Source of the DNA: Candidatus Bathyarchaeia archaeon
GTDB taxonomy: Archaea > Thermoproteota > Bathyarchaeia > Bathyarchaeales > Bathycorpusculaceae
Reading direction: 5' to 3'
DNA: 64,000 nucleotides
Assembly (NCBI GenBank): GCA_049512935.1
Contig: JBEKWR010000008.1
Coordinates: 1-64,000, forward strand
Below the pieces are notes generated by a model. That model saw only the letters and a program-made list of their open reading frames with translations, was not told where the DNA came from and did no database searches. The position numbers were made by a program, and so were the translations under genes. Positions within the stretch are counted from its first letter, which is position 1; every line of letters starts with the position of its first letter. Shown here piece by piece: positions 19,783 to 29,765 of this stretch.

Positions 19783-20622
19783 TTAAGCGTTCCATTTGGC
19801 TTTCAGCTGATCCATTTGACCTGTACTGATGATTGTTGTTATTGCGCCGTCGAACTTTGCAAGGAAAGTCTGTGCGTTTTTGTTGACTACGAATGCACAT
19901 GGGTAGTAGGGATGCTCATAAACAACACTAATCGGTACACCTTGCGCTGCGTACTGAGCAATCCATGCGGTTGTTATTGGCGTTTCAGCGTAAACTGCCT
20001 GCACACTTGGGTTGGCGCTTGCCATATCCTGAATTGCAGTAGCAAAGCTATCCCACGAATTCATCTTCACGCCAGCAGTTTGAAGTTCCTGTTGCTCGGT
20101 TGTTCCATCTTGTGTTCCAACGGTTAAGCCTAAGCTTTTGACGTCTGCAAGCGATGTGATTGTGCTGTTGGTAATATGCATTTTACTGACTTCGCTTGAA
20201 AGCATGATAAGCTGGGCTTCTGTTGTGCTATGTGGAATAGTGAATGCGACACTGTTAAGTCTGTCTGCTGTAATTGAAAAGCCGCTAACACCCATGTCAA
20301 GTTGTCCATCCTGAACTTCTGTGATGATGTCGTCGAAGCTAACGTCATGCCAATGAATAGTCAAGTTCAATTGAGCTGCACAGGCGTTTGCCAAGTCAAC
20401 TTCGAATCCAACTATCGCACCTGTCTGATTATCGATTTGTTCATAGGGCGGCCAACTTGGGTCGGTTCCTACATTTATGTATCCTTGTTTCTCAATGTTT
20501 GCCCACACCGTGTCAGTAGTTGAGTTGCTTGTCGAAACAATGAACGGACTGGCGACAAGACCGATTGCAAAGCCGACAATAAGCATTACAACAACTAGAA
20601 TCACCGTTAGTCTTTTGGCCAT
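19783..20622 (-). CDS. Polar amino-acid ABC substrate-binding protein (SBP_bac_3)
   Basis: GTDPSWPPYE, GFEVDLA, SITADR, GTT, KW at the C-terminus, N-terminal anchor. Confidence 0.93.
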   Translation of the reverse strand: MAKRLTVILVVVMLIVGFAIGLVASPFIVSTSNSTTDTVWANIEKQGYINVGTDPSWPPYEQIDNQTGAIVGFEVDLANACAAQLNLTIHWHDVSFDDIITEVQDGQLDMGVSGFSITADRLNSVAFTIPHSTTEAQLIMLSSEVSKMHITNSTITSLADVKSLGLTVGTQDGTTEQQELQTAGVKMNSWDSFATAIQDMASANPSVQAVYAETPITTAWIAQYAAQGVPISVVYEHPYYPCAFVVNKNAQTFLAKFDGAITTIISTGQMDQLKAKWNA

Positions 20623-20734
20623 TTTTTATTTTTCTCCCAAGCTGCATATGTCAATGCTTTATGTATATAAATTTAAGCCATAGACCGCTGACTGGCATGT
20701 TTCACCATTTCTTAAGCGCTTAGTCACTGTAAAT

Positions 20735-21616
20735 TTATCGGGACACGAGCGCAATGGCGATTACTATGAAGAAGGCCCCTATTGTTGAGAAGATGGTGAT
20801 GGGTTCCTTCAAAATTAGGATGGACAAAATAACCGCAACTACTATTTCCGACAAAAGCAGAATGGTAGAGGTGGAGGCAGACAGATGCTTAAGTCCCTCA
20901 AGCCAAAGATAATAGGGTATAACCCAGCATACGATAGCCGTGTAGAAAACCGCCAGCCACGCAGACCAGTTTAAGGCAAAAAACCGTGACCCAGCCAAAA
21001 AAGAAAACGGCAGGATCGAAAGCATCGTAAATACAAGCACCCAAGTCATAGACTCGAATGTCGCTGAAGTCGAGTTCATAAGCAGCCGTTTGTTGTAAAC
21101 CATAAAAACCGCCCAAACGACGCCTGAAACGACAAGCATCACGTCCCCGACTATCTGCCCGCCCATTAAACTTTGAAAATCCAAGTTAGTGCTCACAAAT
21201 ACTATCCCCACTAACCCGAAAAGGACACCGAGGATTTTTATCCTTGAGAAACGTTCACCCAGCAGTTTCGGGCTTAAAAGCGCAACCCACATGGCGCTCA
21301 AGTTTATGAAGAGCGCAGCCTTCGCCGCCGTCGTGTAATTCATACCGACGTACTGGAGAAGGTAGCCTGCGGCGTTTGCGATGCCTAAGAAAACCAGAAG
21401 TTTGGCATCTGCCTTTTTGAATTCAAGCTTTCTGAGAAGCAGCATTACTAAGACTAGAGCGACCGAGGAAACTAGGAAGCGCCAGAAAAGGAAGGCGAAC
21501 GGGTCAGTGTAGGCTAAGCCGAGCTTGATGATGGGAAAAGACGTTCCCCACAGTGCGCCTGCCAGTATCGTGTAGATGACAGCTTTGGTTTTTTGGCTTA
21601 ACAGCGGATTCGGCAA
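20735..21616 (-). CDS. DMT/EamA family transporter
   Basis: LWGTSF..IK, two EamA halves, about 10 TMs. Confidence 0.9.
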   Translation of the reverse strand: MPNPLLSQKTKAVIYTILAGALWGTSFPIIKLGLAYTDPFAFLFWRFLVSSVALVLVMLLLRKLEFKKADAKLLVFLGIANAAGYLLQYVGMNYTTAAKAALFINLSAMWVALLSPKLLGERFSRIKILGVLFGLVGIVFVSTNLDFQSLMGGQIVGDVMLVVSGVVWAVFMVYNKRLLMNSTSATFESMTWVLVFTMLSILPFSFLAGSRFFALNWSAWLAVFYTAIVCWVIPYYLWLEGLKHLSASTSTILLLSEIVVAVILSILILKEPITIFSTIGAFFIVIAIALVSR

Positions 21617-21771
21617 GTCCTTTCCCCTTTGATTCCTTCATACGCAAGCTGGCTTTATAAAACGTTATTTTGAAAGATTTCAGTTTAGAACGAAAATTTC
21701 TGTATGGTGTAACCCTGTTGATAAGAAAAAGCTGAATTTGCGTGTGCCGCGCCCTTACTTTTTGTTCGGCA

Positions 21772-24700
21772 CTATGAAATCACGACGTATGCATGCGGTC
21801 GTTTCTTCACGTAAATGAGGGTCACGCTCACAATTACGATCGCCGCAACCACGATTGAAATTGCGATTAACAAGAAGGCGGTTGGTGTTGAAGTGGTTGG
21901 GTTCTGCTTGGGAGTGCCGACTGAGAAGATGGATGCAGTTAAGGCTGACGCTGGAACCGTGCCTGACACCGTGTCAGGTGCAGTAAATGTTGTGGCGACT
22001 GAAACCCATGTTTCACCGTTCCAATACTCTATAACGCTGGCGCGCGTGAAGCCCGGGTTTGACATGGCTACGGTTACGGAGATGTCAGAGCCTAAGGATC
22101 CGCTGCTCGAAGAAACCTCAACATCGTAGAAGACTGCCCCGTCGACCGAAACCGTAGCTGTTCCTGCAGGCTGGGTGTCGCCTAAATCGGTGGTTGTGAT
22201 GTTTAGCTGTGTACCGTCCTGCAGCGATGGACCCTTGACGGTTACGTTGACGCCTGTCGTTGACGACTGGTCAGCCGTCGCCGAATTGTCAGTCACCGTC
22301 GCTGTCGATGTTACGGTCGGCTCTTGGGTGGGGGTGGGACTTGGCAGCGGAGTTTGGGTTGGCGCTGGGGTTGGCGAGGGGGAAGCCAAGGGCGTTGCTG
22401 TCGAGGTCGGAGCGGGTGTTGATGAGGGCACGTCAACGGTCACTGTTGCCGCAGTCGAGTTCACTGCTGCTCCCGTGTTGTCGGTTACTTGAAGTATGAA
22501 GCTCCAAGTGCCCGCGCTTGTCGAAGTTGAGGTTACAAAGTTGTAGCTTGATGAAGAGGCGCCGCTAATAAGCGTGTAGGATGAGGTGCCAGGTGCTTCG
22601 CTGAACCATTGATACATGTAGGTTGGAGTGCCTGAAGTTACGGCGGTTGAAGTCAAACTGCTAGTCTGACCCTGTGTCAACGTGCCAAGCGTAGGAGACG
22701 CCGAAGGAGCAACCAGAGCAGAATTCACCGTGACTAACCGAGAAGTAGACTGAGCCGAGGTCAGGCCTAAACTGTCAGTGACAGCTACGGTTAACGTGTA
22801 GTTGCCTGCAGAAGCAGGAGTGAAAGGCATTGTCGACGCTGTCCCATTCACGTACCACTGGTAACTCGTGTAATTGCCTGAGCCGCCAGTTGGGTTGGCA
22901 GTAAACGATTTGGACTGCCCAACATCCATGGTCCAGGTTGAAGGAGAAACCGAAACTGAAAGGGCAGGATTCACCGTAACCGTCACCACATTGGAAACCG
23001 CCGTATCTGGAGAACTTGCGCTGTCCGCCACCTGAAGCTCAAACTGGTAGGCTCCAGCAGAAGTTGAAACGCTCGGAGAGAAAACGTAAGTCGTTGCCGA
23101 ACTTGACGGGGAACCGACAGGTGAGAACCCGCCGCCAAGAGCCGCCGCGTACCACTGATAAAGAAACGTCGATGTGCCGCCAGAAATGTCCCTTGAAACA
23201 CTCAACGTTGAAGATTGACCAGGGTCAATCGAGCTTGCCGAAGCGGAAACGATGGGTGCATTCAAAGCGGGATTTACTGTGATAGCTGGAGTGTTCGACT
23301 GAACTGTAACTGGGGGAGAGGAGCTGTCAGTTACGTTGCAGTAAACGTCGGGTGATGCGGTGGATGAAGCAGTAAACGCGTAAGATGTGCCTGTCTGACC
23401 AGAGATGACTGTGCTGCCCGAGCACCACTGGTAGCTCAGCGAGCCTGTACCGCCAGAAGCAGCAGCGGTAAACGTCACAGACTGCCCAACATCCATCGTC
23501 CAAGAAGCAGGCGTCACCGAGACAGTTAAAGGTCCATTTACTTGAAGCTGGTTCGTTTGCCAGCCGCTGGAATAGAGAAGGTTGCCTAAGCCAGGTTGAC
23601 CCATCCAAACTTGCCAGTTAACGTCGTAACTGCCAGGAGCCAAGGAAGCGCTTGTCGCAAAATTCCTGCTTTGCGTGTTTGAGCCGCCTTGGAGGTTAAC
23701 GTATATGTCGTTGGAAGAGTCGTTTATTTCGGCGGTTGACCCGTCGAGGCGAATGTTTGCGCCTAACCCTATTTGCGTGAGAGAGCCAGTGCTGTTGGGA
23801 TTGTTTATTGTGTAGGTCAACGAGAAGCTTTGGCCTGCTGAAACGCTAGAAGGGGTTAATGACTGAGCGGTGAGGGATAAACCGGTGGATTGGCTGAAAA
23901 TGTCTGCGAAGTTTTGGAAGTTAATTGACCCTAAACCAGTCACGGCATCCCAACCTGGCTGGACAGAGTAGCCGTTGTTTCCGCTCAAGTAGATGTCGTG
24001 AAATGCAAGGTCGTACCTCGCGGGGTCACTGGGGTTGTACAGGCTGTACAGAGCGTTGTCGGTGAGGTTATAGCCTTCGTTTAAGGCAACTGACGCGATA
24101 CCAGCCATCATAGGCGCCGCAACACTTGTCCCATACACGCTTTGCTGATAGCCACCATCATAGATCATTACAGGTGAATTGCCGCTCGCGTCCAGAGAGA
24201 CGTCTGGAACCGCTCGCGTCCCATTGGGATCTGGGATTTCAGCGTTTTTCTGGTAAAGAGGCTCTTGGAACAGGGTTGAGTATCCTCCACCGCTGCCACT
24301 CCAGCCATATTCGTAATACTGGTTTACGCCTTGCACGGTGTTGTAATAGACTTCGGTGCCGCCGACTGCAACAACATTAGGGTCTGAGGCTGGATAACTC
24401 ACGGAACTGCCGGTACCATTATAGGCTCCATTGTCGCCCGATGAAGCATAAACTTCGATTCCTTTAGCAACCGCCGCGGCAAAAATATACGAGAAATCTG
24501 TGGTTTCGGTTCCGCTCCAACTTAGCGAAATCACGTTTGGGGGATTCGGGCTTGAAACGAGGCTGTCTACGGCATCGTACATGTCGCCGTCTGCGTCGCT
24601 TGGCGCCAGTTGCAGTGTGATGTTTGCGCCGGGAGCCATTGCATGTGCCCACTCAACATCTAAGGCGGTTTCCCTAGCCCAATGACTATCTGACCCCCTT

Positions 24701-25557
24701 GTACTATTCACGGTCAAATTGATGTTTGGAAGGCCATAGAAGTTGTCAAACTTAGCTACGTCATCGTTTATCGTGGGGTCACCGTAAGCGTCAACAATTG
24801 CAATCACTGTTCCCGTGCCGTTCGCCCCATTCTGTATTGCTTCGCTTGTTCCGTACAGACTCCTGAAGTCGGCGGGCTCTCCGTCCACGAGGGCGTTTGG
24901 AGAAGAATCCGCAGCTACCTGTCCACTTGCCACGTTGGCACCTGGGGTAACGGGAAAAGAATCCACGTTGACTCCAGCTATGCCGCATGAGCCCAAGGCT
25001 GATGGAACCGCAATCGCCGCTAAACTCTTGTAGAACGTTGTGTTTTCGTAGGAGAATAAACCGATTTGGGTGCCGAAAGCTTTCTCAACGTTGGAAACCG
25101 AGCCTTCACCGCTGAGCAGGAGCCTGTTAGGCCACGTCTGGGTAACCATCAAGTTGTAAGCCAACAGGTAAGCTATCGCCTGGTTGTAACTTGACTGTGC
25201 AGGCGAGTAGTCGGCTTCAAACTGCCGTTCCGTCAACGTTCGCCTTCCGCCATTCTTAGGCGCCTTGGAATCAGCTATGAAACTGTTGAGTTGACCGCCG
25301 TTTCTAGCGGCAAAACTTATCGAAAAATCCACGGTTCCCGCCTGCAGCAGACCCAAACTGGAAATTGCTGAGGCAAAAGATTTGCCCGCGCTGGAACTGG
25401 AAACGTTTGCTGGGCTTTGCAGGTTTTTCAAGCTTGACCCCTTCGGAAGGGACATGCTCATGGCTGGAGCGGCAGTTTCCACCAGAAAGAGGCAGATGAG
25501 AAACAGAACTGCGACTAAGGCTTTCAGCTTAAACATGTTTCTGGTTGCCCCTGTCAT
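21772..25557 (-). CDS. Surface-anchored S53 (sedolisin/kumamolisin) serine peptidase with prodomain, Ig-like repeats, PT linker and C-terminal TM
   Basis: ETALDVEWAHAMAPGA, SSGDNG, YPASDP.V.AVGGT, RAVPDVS, GTSVAAP, GWDAVTGLGS. Confidence 0.92.
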   Translation of the reverse strand: MTGATRNMFKLKALVAVLFLICLFLVETAAPAMSMSLPKGSSLKNLQSPANVSSSSAGKSFASAISSLGLLQAGTVDFSISFAARNGGQLNSFIADSKAPKNGGRRTLTERQFEADYSPAQSSYNQAIAYLLAYNLMVTQTWPNRLLLSGEGSVSNVEKAFGTQIGLFSYENTTFYKSLAAIAVPSALGSCGIAGVNVDSFPVTPGANVASGQVAADSSPNALVDGEPADFRSLYGTSEAIQNGANGTGTVIAIVDAYGDPTINDDVAKFDNFYGLPNINLTVNSTRGSDSHWARETALDVEWAHAMAPGANITLQLAPSDADGDMYDAVDSLVSSPNPPNVISLSWSGTETTDFSYIFAAAVAKGIEVYASSGDNGAYNGTGSSVSYPASDPNVVAVGGTEVYYNTVQGVNQYYEYGWSGSGGGYSTLFQEPLYQKNAEIPDPNGTRAVPDVSLDASGNSPVMIYDGGYQQSVYGTSVAAPMMAGIASVALNEGYNLTDNALYSLYNPSDPARYDLAFHDIYLSGNNGYSVQPGWDAVTGLGSINFQNFADIFSQSTGLSLTAQSLTPSSVSAGQSFSLTYTINNPNSTGSLTQIGLGANIRLDGSTAEINDSSNDIYVNLQGGSNTQSRNFATSASLAPGSYDVNWQVWMGQPGLGNLLYSSGWQTNQLQVNGPLTVSVTPASWTMDVGQSVTFTAAASGGTGSLSYQWCSGSTVISGQTGTSYAFTASSTASPDVYCNVTDSSSPPVTVQSNTPAITVNPALNAPIVSASASSIDPGQSSTLSVSRDISGGTSTFLYQWYAAALGGGFSPVGSPSSSATTYVFSPSVSTSAGAYQFELQVADSASSPDTAVSNVVTVTVNPALSVSVSPSTWTMDVGQSKSFTANPTGGSGNYTSYQWYVNGTASTMPFTPASAGNYTLTVAVTDSLGLTSAQSTSRLVTVNSALVAPSASPTLGTLTQGQTSSLTSTAVTSGTPTYMYQWFSEAPGTSSYTLISGASSSSYNFVTSTSTSAGTWSFILQVTDNTGAAVNSTAATVTVDVPSSTPAPTSTATPLASPSPTPAPTQTPLPSPTPTQEPTVTSTATVTDNSATADQSSTTGVNVTVKGPSLQDGTQLNITTTDLGDTQPAGTATVSVDGAVFYDVEVSSSSGSLGSDISVTVAMSNPGFTRASVIEYWNGETWVSVATTFTAPDTVSGTVPASALTASIFSVGTPKQNPTTSTPTAFLLIAISIVVAAIVIVSVTLIYVKKRPHAYVVIS

Positions 25558-25701
25558 GCGAATGGGGACTTAAAGTTAATATGGGCTCTTAAATTTTTGC
25601 GTGAAACTTAATGTACGAACAATTGAGGGTCTAGACCTGCACTGCTAGTGAGCAGCCAATTTCAAGCGGGTTACCTAAAAAAAAGAAAAAGGCAGAAAAG
25701 T

Positions 25702-27336
25702 TTACTTCATGATTGCCGCTAAGTCTTCGTCGGCTGTTTTGATCGGCATGATGTTGAATTTTTCAACCAGCACGTTGAAGATGCCCGGCGTTATGAAGGC
25801 TGGCAAGCTTGGTCCGATACGGATGTCTTTTATGCCCAAGTACAGCAGCGACAGCAGTATAGCCACGGCTTTCTGTTCATACCATGACAGCACCAGCGAC
25901 AGCGGCAAATCGTTAACCTGCACGCCGAACGCGTCCGCCAACGCCTGCGCTATCTTGACGGCTGAGTAAGCATCATTGCACTGCCCGATGTCCAGCAACC
26001 GCGGGATTTCATCGATCGCGCCGAGGTCCTTGTCGAAGAAGCGGAATTTGCCGCATGCCAACGTCAGGATAACCGTGTTTTTCGGCGCCTTCTCCACGAA
26101 CTCCGTGTAGTAGCTTCTGCCAAGCTTCGCTCCGTCGCACCCGCCGACAAGAATGAAACGCTTGATGTGCCCGTTCTTGACTGACGCTATCACCTTGTCA
26201 GCCACGCTCAGCACAGCGTTTCTGCCGAAGCCCACCAGAACGGTTTTGCCTTCCGCGTCCTCTTGGAAACCCGGCAGCTCCAGAGCCTTCGTAATTACAG
26301 GCGAGAAGTCTTGGTCGCTGATGTGTGGGACACCTGGGTAGCCTACGGGTCCTGAAGTGAATATGTTGCCCCTGTAGCTTTCAACGGGTCGCTGGATGCA
26401 GTTGGTCGTCATCAATATGGCGCCGGGGAACTGCGCGAACTCTTTCTGCTGGTTCTGCCACGCCGTGCCGTAGTGACCGTAGAAGTGCGGGTACTTCTTG
26501 AGAGCAGGGTAGCCGTGGGTAGGCAGCATTTCGCCATGAGTGTAAACCGTGATGCCTTTGCCTTCTGACTGCTTCAAAACGTTCTCCAAGTCCATCAGGT
26601 CGTGTCCCGAGACAAGGATGGCTTTGCCTTTTTTGTGCCCGAGAGGCACGCGTGTCGGAGTTGGGTGACCGTAGGTTTCAGTGTTGCCAGCGTCCAGCAG
26701 CTCCATCGCGCGCAGGTTGATTTCGCCGCATTTGAAGACTAAGCTTACAAACTCGTTGGCGTCAAGCGACTTGTCAAGTGGGGCGGCGAGTCCCTGATTG
26801 ATGAATTCGAAGACTTTGTTGTCTTTTTTGCCGAGCAACGCGGCGTGGTACGTGTAGGCTGCGACGCCTTTTAACCCGTAAGTCAGGAGCCACTGGAGCG
26901 AATGAAGGTCGGAGTTAACCGTGGGATCAGAGTTTATGCCGTGTTGTTTTCCCTGATTGACTAGGCCAGCAGTGGTTGTCTCAAGCTGTAGATTGAACGG
27001 TGAATTGACTTTGGCCGTTATGGCGTACAATCGGCTTCGCAGTTGTTCCTGGTACTGGGCTGTTTTCCTGATGTAGGCTGTTATGGCTTCTGGGTCAAAG
27101 TTCACGTTTGTTAAGGTGGAGAATAACGCTTCGCATGTGAAGAGGTTGATTTTTTCGTCTCTTACCCCTGCTTTTTTGGCTTCGGTTGATAGTTGTCCGA
27201 GCCCACGCAGCATGTAAACGAGCAAGTCCTGAAGAGCGGCTACGTCAGGGTTTTTTCCGCAGACGCCAGCCACTGTGCAGCCTTGCCCCTTGGCTGTTTG
27301 CTCGCATTGGTAACAAAACATTTGATTTTGACTCAT
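25702..27336 (-). CDS. hcp: Hybrid cluster protein (hydroxylamine/NO reductase)
   Basis: MFCYQCEQT...GC...GVCGK, SGHDL, YTHGEM, GGCDG, LACGK, GQCND, SWYEQKA. Start moved to MSQNQ. Confidence 0.97.
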   Translation of the reverse strand: MSQNQMFCYQCEQTAKGQGCTVAGVCGKNPDVAALQDLLVYMLRGLGQLSTEAKKAGVRDEKINLFTCEALFSTLTNVNFDPEAITAYIRKTAQYQEQLRSRLYAITAKVNSPFNLQLETTTAGLVNQGKQHGINSDPTVNSDLHSLQWLLTYGLKGVAAYTYHAALLGKKDNKVFEFINQGLAAPLDKSLDANEFVSLVFKCGEINLRAMELLDAGNTETYGHPTPTRVPLGHKKGKAILVSGHDLMDLENVLKQSEGKGITVYTHGEMLPTHGYPALKKYPHFYGHYGTAWQNQQKEFAQFPGAILMTTNCIQRPVESYRGNIFTSGPVGYPGVPHISDQDFSPVITKALELPGFQEDAEGKTVLVGFGRNAVLSVADKVIASVKNGHIKRFILVGGCDGAKLGRSYYTEFVEKAPKNTVILTLACGKFRFFDKDLGAIDEIPRLLDIGQCNDAYSAVKIAQALADAFGVQVNDLPLSLVLSWYEQKAVAILLSLLYLGIKDIRIGPSLPAFITPGIFNVLVEKFNIMPIKTADEDLAAIMK

Positions 27337-27493
27337 ACATTGCACCTTAACTAACGTAATAGGCTGCTTCGCACATAGGGGTTGCCCCGAATGTTTTAGG
27401 GATTTAAGATCAACGCACAAACGCGGCAGACAAACAACCCTTATTAGCAAAGCCAAGTTTAAACCTAGTAAGACTCGGCGGGAAGGTTGGATC

Positions 27494-27700
27494 GTGAGGA
27501 AAAAGAAGGCGCTGTTCCTGACGTTTTGGATGTACACTCTTCTTCTTTGGCTCTACATTGTTGCAAGGATAGTTGTCGACCATGTTCCCTTAGACGCCCT
27601 GTACGTCAACTTTGTGCCGTTCTTCACGTTCATCAGGCTTGGAGCCATCGCTTTCGTCTTAAGCATGATATTCATGTACCTGTACCTCACCGAAGACTAG
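27494..27700 (+). CDS. Small two-TM membrane protein
   Basis: 68 aa, basic N-terminus plus two hydrophobic helices, GGAAGG upstream. Confidence 0.6.
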   Translation: MRKKKALFLTFWMYTLLLWLYIVARIVVDHVPLDALYVNFVPFFTFIRLGAIAFVLSMIFMYLYLTED

Positions 27701-27709
27701 AACAGCGCT

Positions 27710-28870
27710 TTAGATCTTGTAGTATTTTGCGTAAAGCACAATACCGACTGCTAAGATGGCAACGCAGGATGCAGACACCAACGCCAAGTCCGTGAGTATG
27801 GCTGGGCTTGTGATGGCGGCGCCTCTGAGGAACAGCGAGGTCAGGGCGTTTGTGACGTAGTAGCTTGGTACGAATTTGCCTGCAACTTGAGCACCCGACG
27901 AGAGCGATGCGCCTACGAATGTGCCGAGGAACAGTTGCGGAAGCACGAACAGGAAGCTTAAGCCCGTTGCCGCTCCTGCCGATTTTGCGATTGTCGCGGT
28001 GATTAATCCGAATCCAACGTTGGAGAGCGAGAACATCAGCACCAGCACAAACGCGAACGCATACGTGGTTACGCCGACGCTTGGTCTGAATCCTAAAGCG
28101 TACGTCATTGCAAAGACCAGCGCTGCCTGGATCAGTTCGATGCCCATGTAGGAGGCAACTTGGCTTGCCATGAATTCGGTGGCTGTTGTCGGCGACACGC
28201 GGATGCGCTTCATCATGCCGTTCTCTCGGTCTTGCGTGAACGATTGGGCAACCATCATGATGAGGAAGATGGATGCGAACGTGAACATGCCTGGAGCGAT
28301 GAAGTCAAGAGCCGACGTTGATTTTACTTCAACTAGAGACGCGGTCTGGATTTGAAGTGGGCTCTGCATCACCTGCTGGCTCTGCTCCGTCATGGATACG
28401 AGGGCTTGTTGTATGATGGGCGGTACTGCTTGGGTAGCAACTAAAGAGCCTTTGTCAAGGTACAGTGTGACAGTGGCGTTTGTCCATTGCGACGGGTCGT
28501 TTGGCGCCGCCTGGTAAGCCGCAAGGCTTTGGCTAAAGTCCGCTGGAATCACCATGACTGCCTGCACGGTTCCCTGTGATAGGTCGCTTTGCGCTGTCTG
28601 GTTGCTGGCGTAAACGTGAATGTTGATTATTTTAGTGTCAGACAATGACGTAACCAGTGTTTGCGATGCGTTAACGCTGTTTGCATGGTCCAAGTTGACG
28701 ACGCCGATTTGGTAGGTTACTGTTTGGCTGCCGCCGACTCCGCCCAAAGAGGCTCCGAAAGCGAACACGAAGATTATTGGGAAGAGGAAGATCATGAAAA
28801 GCACTGCTGGCTCGCGAACCGTTTTTTTGAGTTCCTTTTTTACTAAAGCTGATACTCGTTGGAGCTTCAT
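27710..28870 (-). CDS. ABC-2 type exporter permease
   Basis: KKELK..R, extracellular loop, DFIAPG, DRENGMMKR...SP. Confidence 0.9.
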   Translation of the reverse strand: MKLQRVSALVKKELKKTVREPAVLFMIFLFPIIFVFAFGASLGGVGGSQTVTYQIGVVNLDHANSVNASQTLVTSLSDTKIINIHVYASNQTAQSDLSQGTVQAVMVIPADFSQSLAAYQAAPNDPSQWTNATVTLYLDKGSLVATQAVPPIIQQALVSMTEQSQQVMQSPLQIQTASLVEVKSTSALDFIAPGMFTFASIFLIMMVAQSFTQDRENGMMKRIRVSPTTATEFMASQVASYMGIELIQAALVFAMTYALGFRPSVGVTTYAFAFVLVLMFSLSNVGFGLITATIAKSAGAATGLSFLFVLPQLFLGTFVGASLSSGAQVAGKFVPSYYVTNALTSLFLRGAAITSPAILTDLALVSASCVAILAVGIVLYAKYYKI

Positions 28871-29626
28871 TTATGCGTCCCCCCGAATGGTTCTTCCCGT
28901 AAGTTTGATGAAAAGCTCTTCCAAGTTTTTGACTTGGGCTTTAGCGATCAGGTCTTTAGGTGTTCCCAGCGCGATGAGTTTGCCATGGTCAATTATGCCT
29001 ACGCGGTCGCACAGCTCCTCAGCTTCTTCCATGTAATGCGTGGTCAGGATGACTGTTTTGCCTCGTATTTTTTGGTCTTTGATGAAGTCCCAGACTGCAT
29101 GGCGAGACTGCGGGTCCATAGCTACCGTGGGCTCATCCAAAAACACCACTTGCGGGTCATGGATTAACGCCAGAGCCAAGCTTAGCCGACGTTTCATGCC
29201 GCCGCTGTACTTAGACGCCACCCTTTTCGCATCTTCCGCCAAGCCCATTCTGCCAAGAAGCATTTTACTTCTCTCCTTGAGCGCTTTTTTGCTCATCCCA
29301 TTTAGGTTCCCGAAAAGCTCCAGGTTTTCTGCCCCAGTCAAGTATGGGTAAATGGCTGTTTCTTGAGTGCAAACGCCGATTAACTCTTTAACTTTCTGCG
29401 TGTCCCTTTGAACGTCGTAGCCGTAGATTTTGGCTGTTCCGCTTGTCGGTTTTATGAGTCCGCACAGAATGTTGATGGCGGTTGTTTTTCCTGCGCCGTT
29501 GGGTCCCAGCAACCCGAAGAGTTCGCCTTTGAAGACTTGAAGGCTGAGGTTGTCCAACGCCGTTTTGTCTTCGAACCTTTTGGTGAGATTCTGAATGTTT
29601 ATAGTCGATTCCGACATTTTTCCCAT
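28871..29626 (-). CDS. ABC exporter ATPase (DrrA-like)
   Basis: GPNGAGKTT, YSGGMKRR, LDEPT, LTTHYMEEAE. Start approximate. Confidence 0.93.
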   Translation of the reverse strand: MGKMSESTINIQNLTKRFEDKTALDNLSLQVFKGELFGLLGPNGAGKTTAINILCGLIKPTSGTAKIYGYDVQRDTQKVKELIGVCTQETAIYPYLTGAENLELFGNLNGMSKKALKERSKMLLGRMGLAEDAKRVASKYSGGMKRRLSLALALIHDPQVVFLDEPTVAMDPQSRHAVWDFIKDQKIRGKTVILTTHYMEEAEELCDRVGIIDHGKLIALGTPKDLIAKAQVKNLEELFIKLTGRTIRGDA

Positions 29627-29765
29627 CTCAAGTTCCCAGTAGGCGCGGCGCAATTTAGTTTCATGTTTAGGGGTTGCAGAAAGAAAAGCCTCTTTGTAGA
29701 CAGTAAAAAGTTTCTTTTTAACTAAAACTGGTTAAAAAAAGCCCATGCCTCAGAATCTGCCGTTG

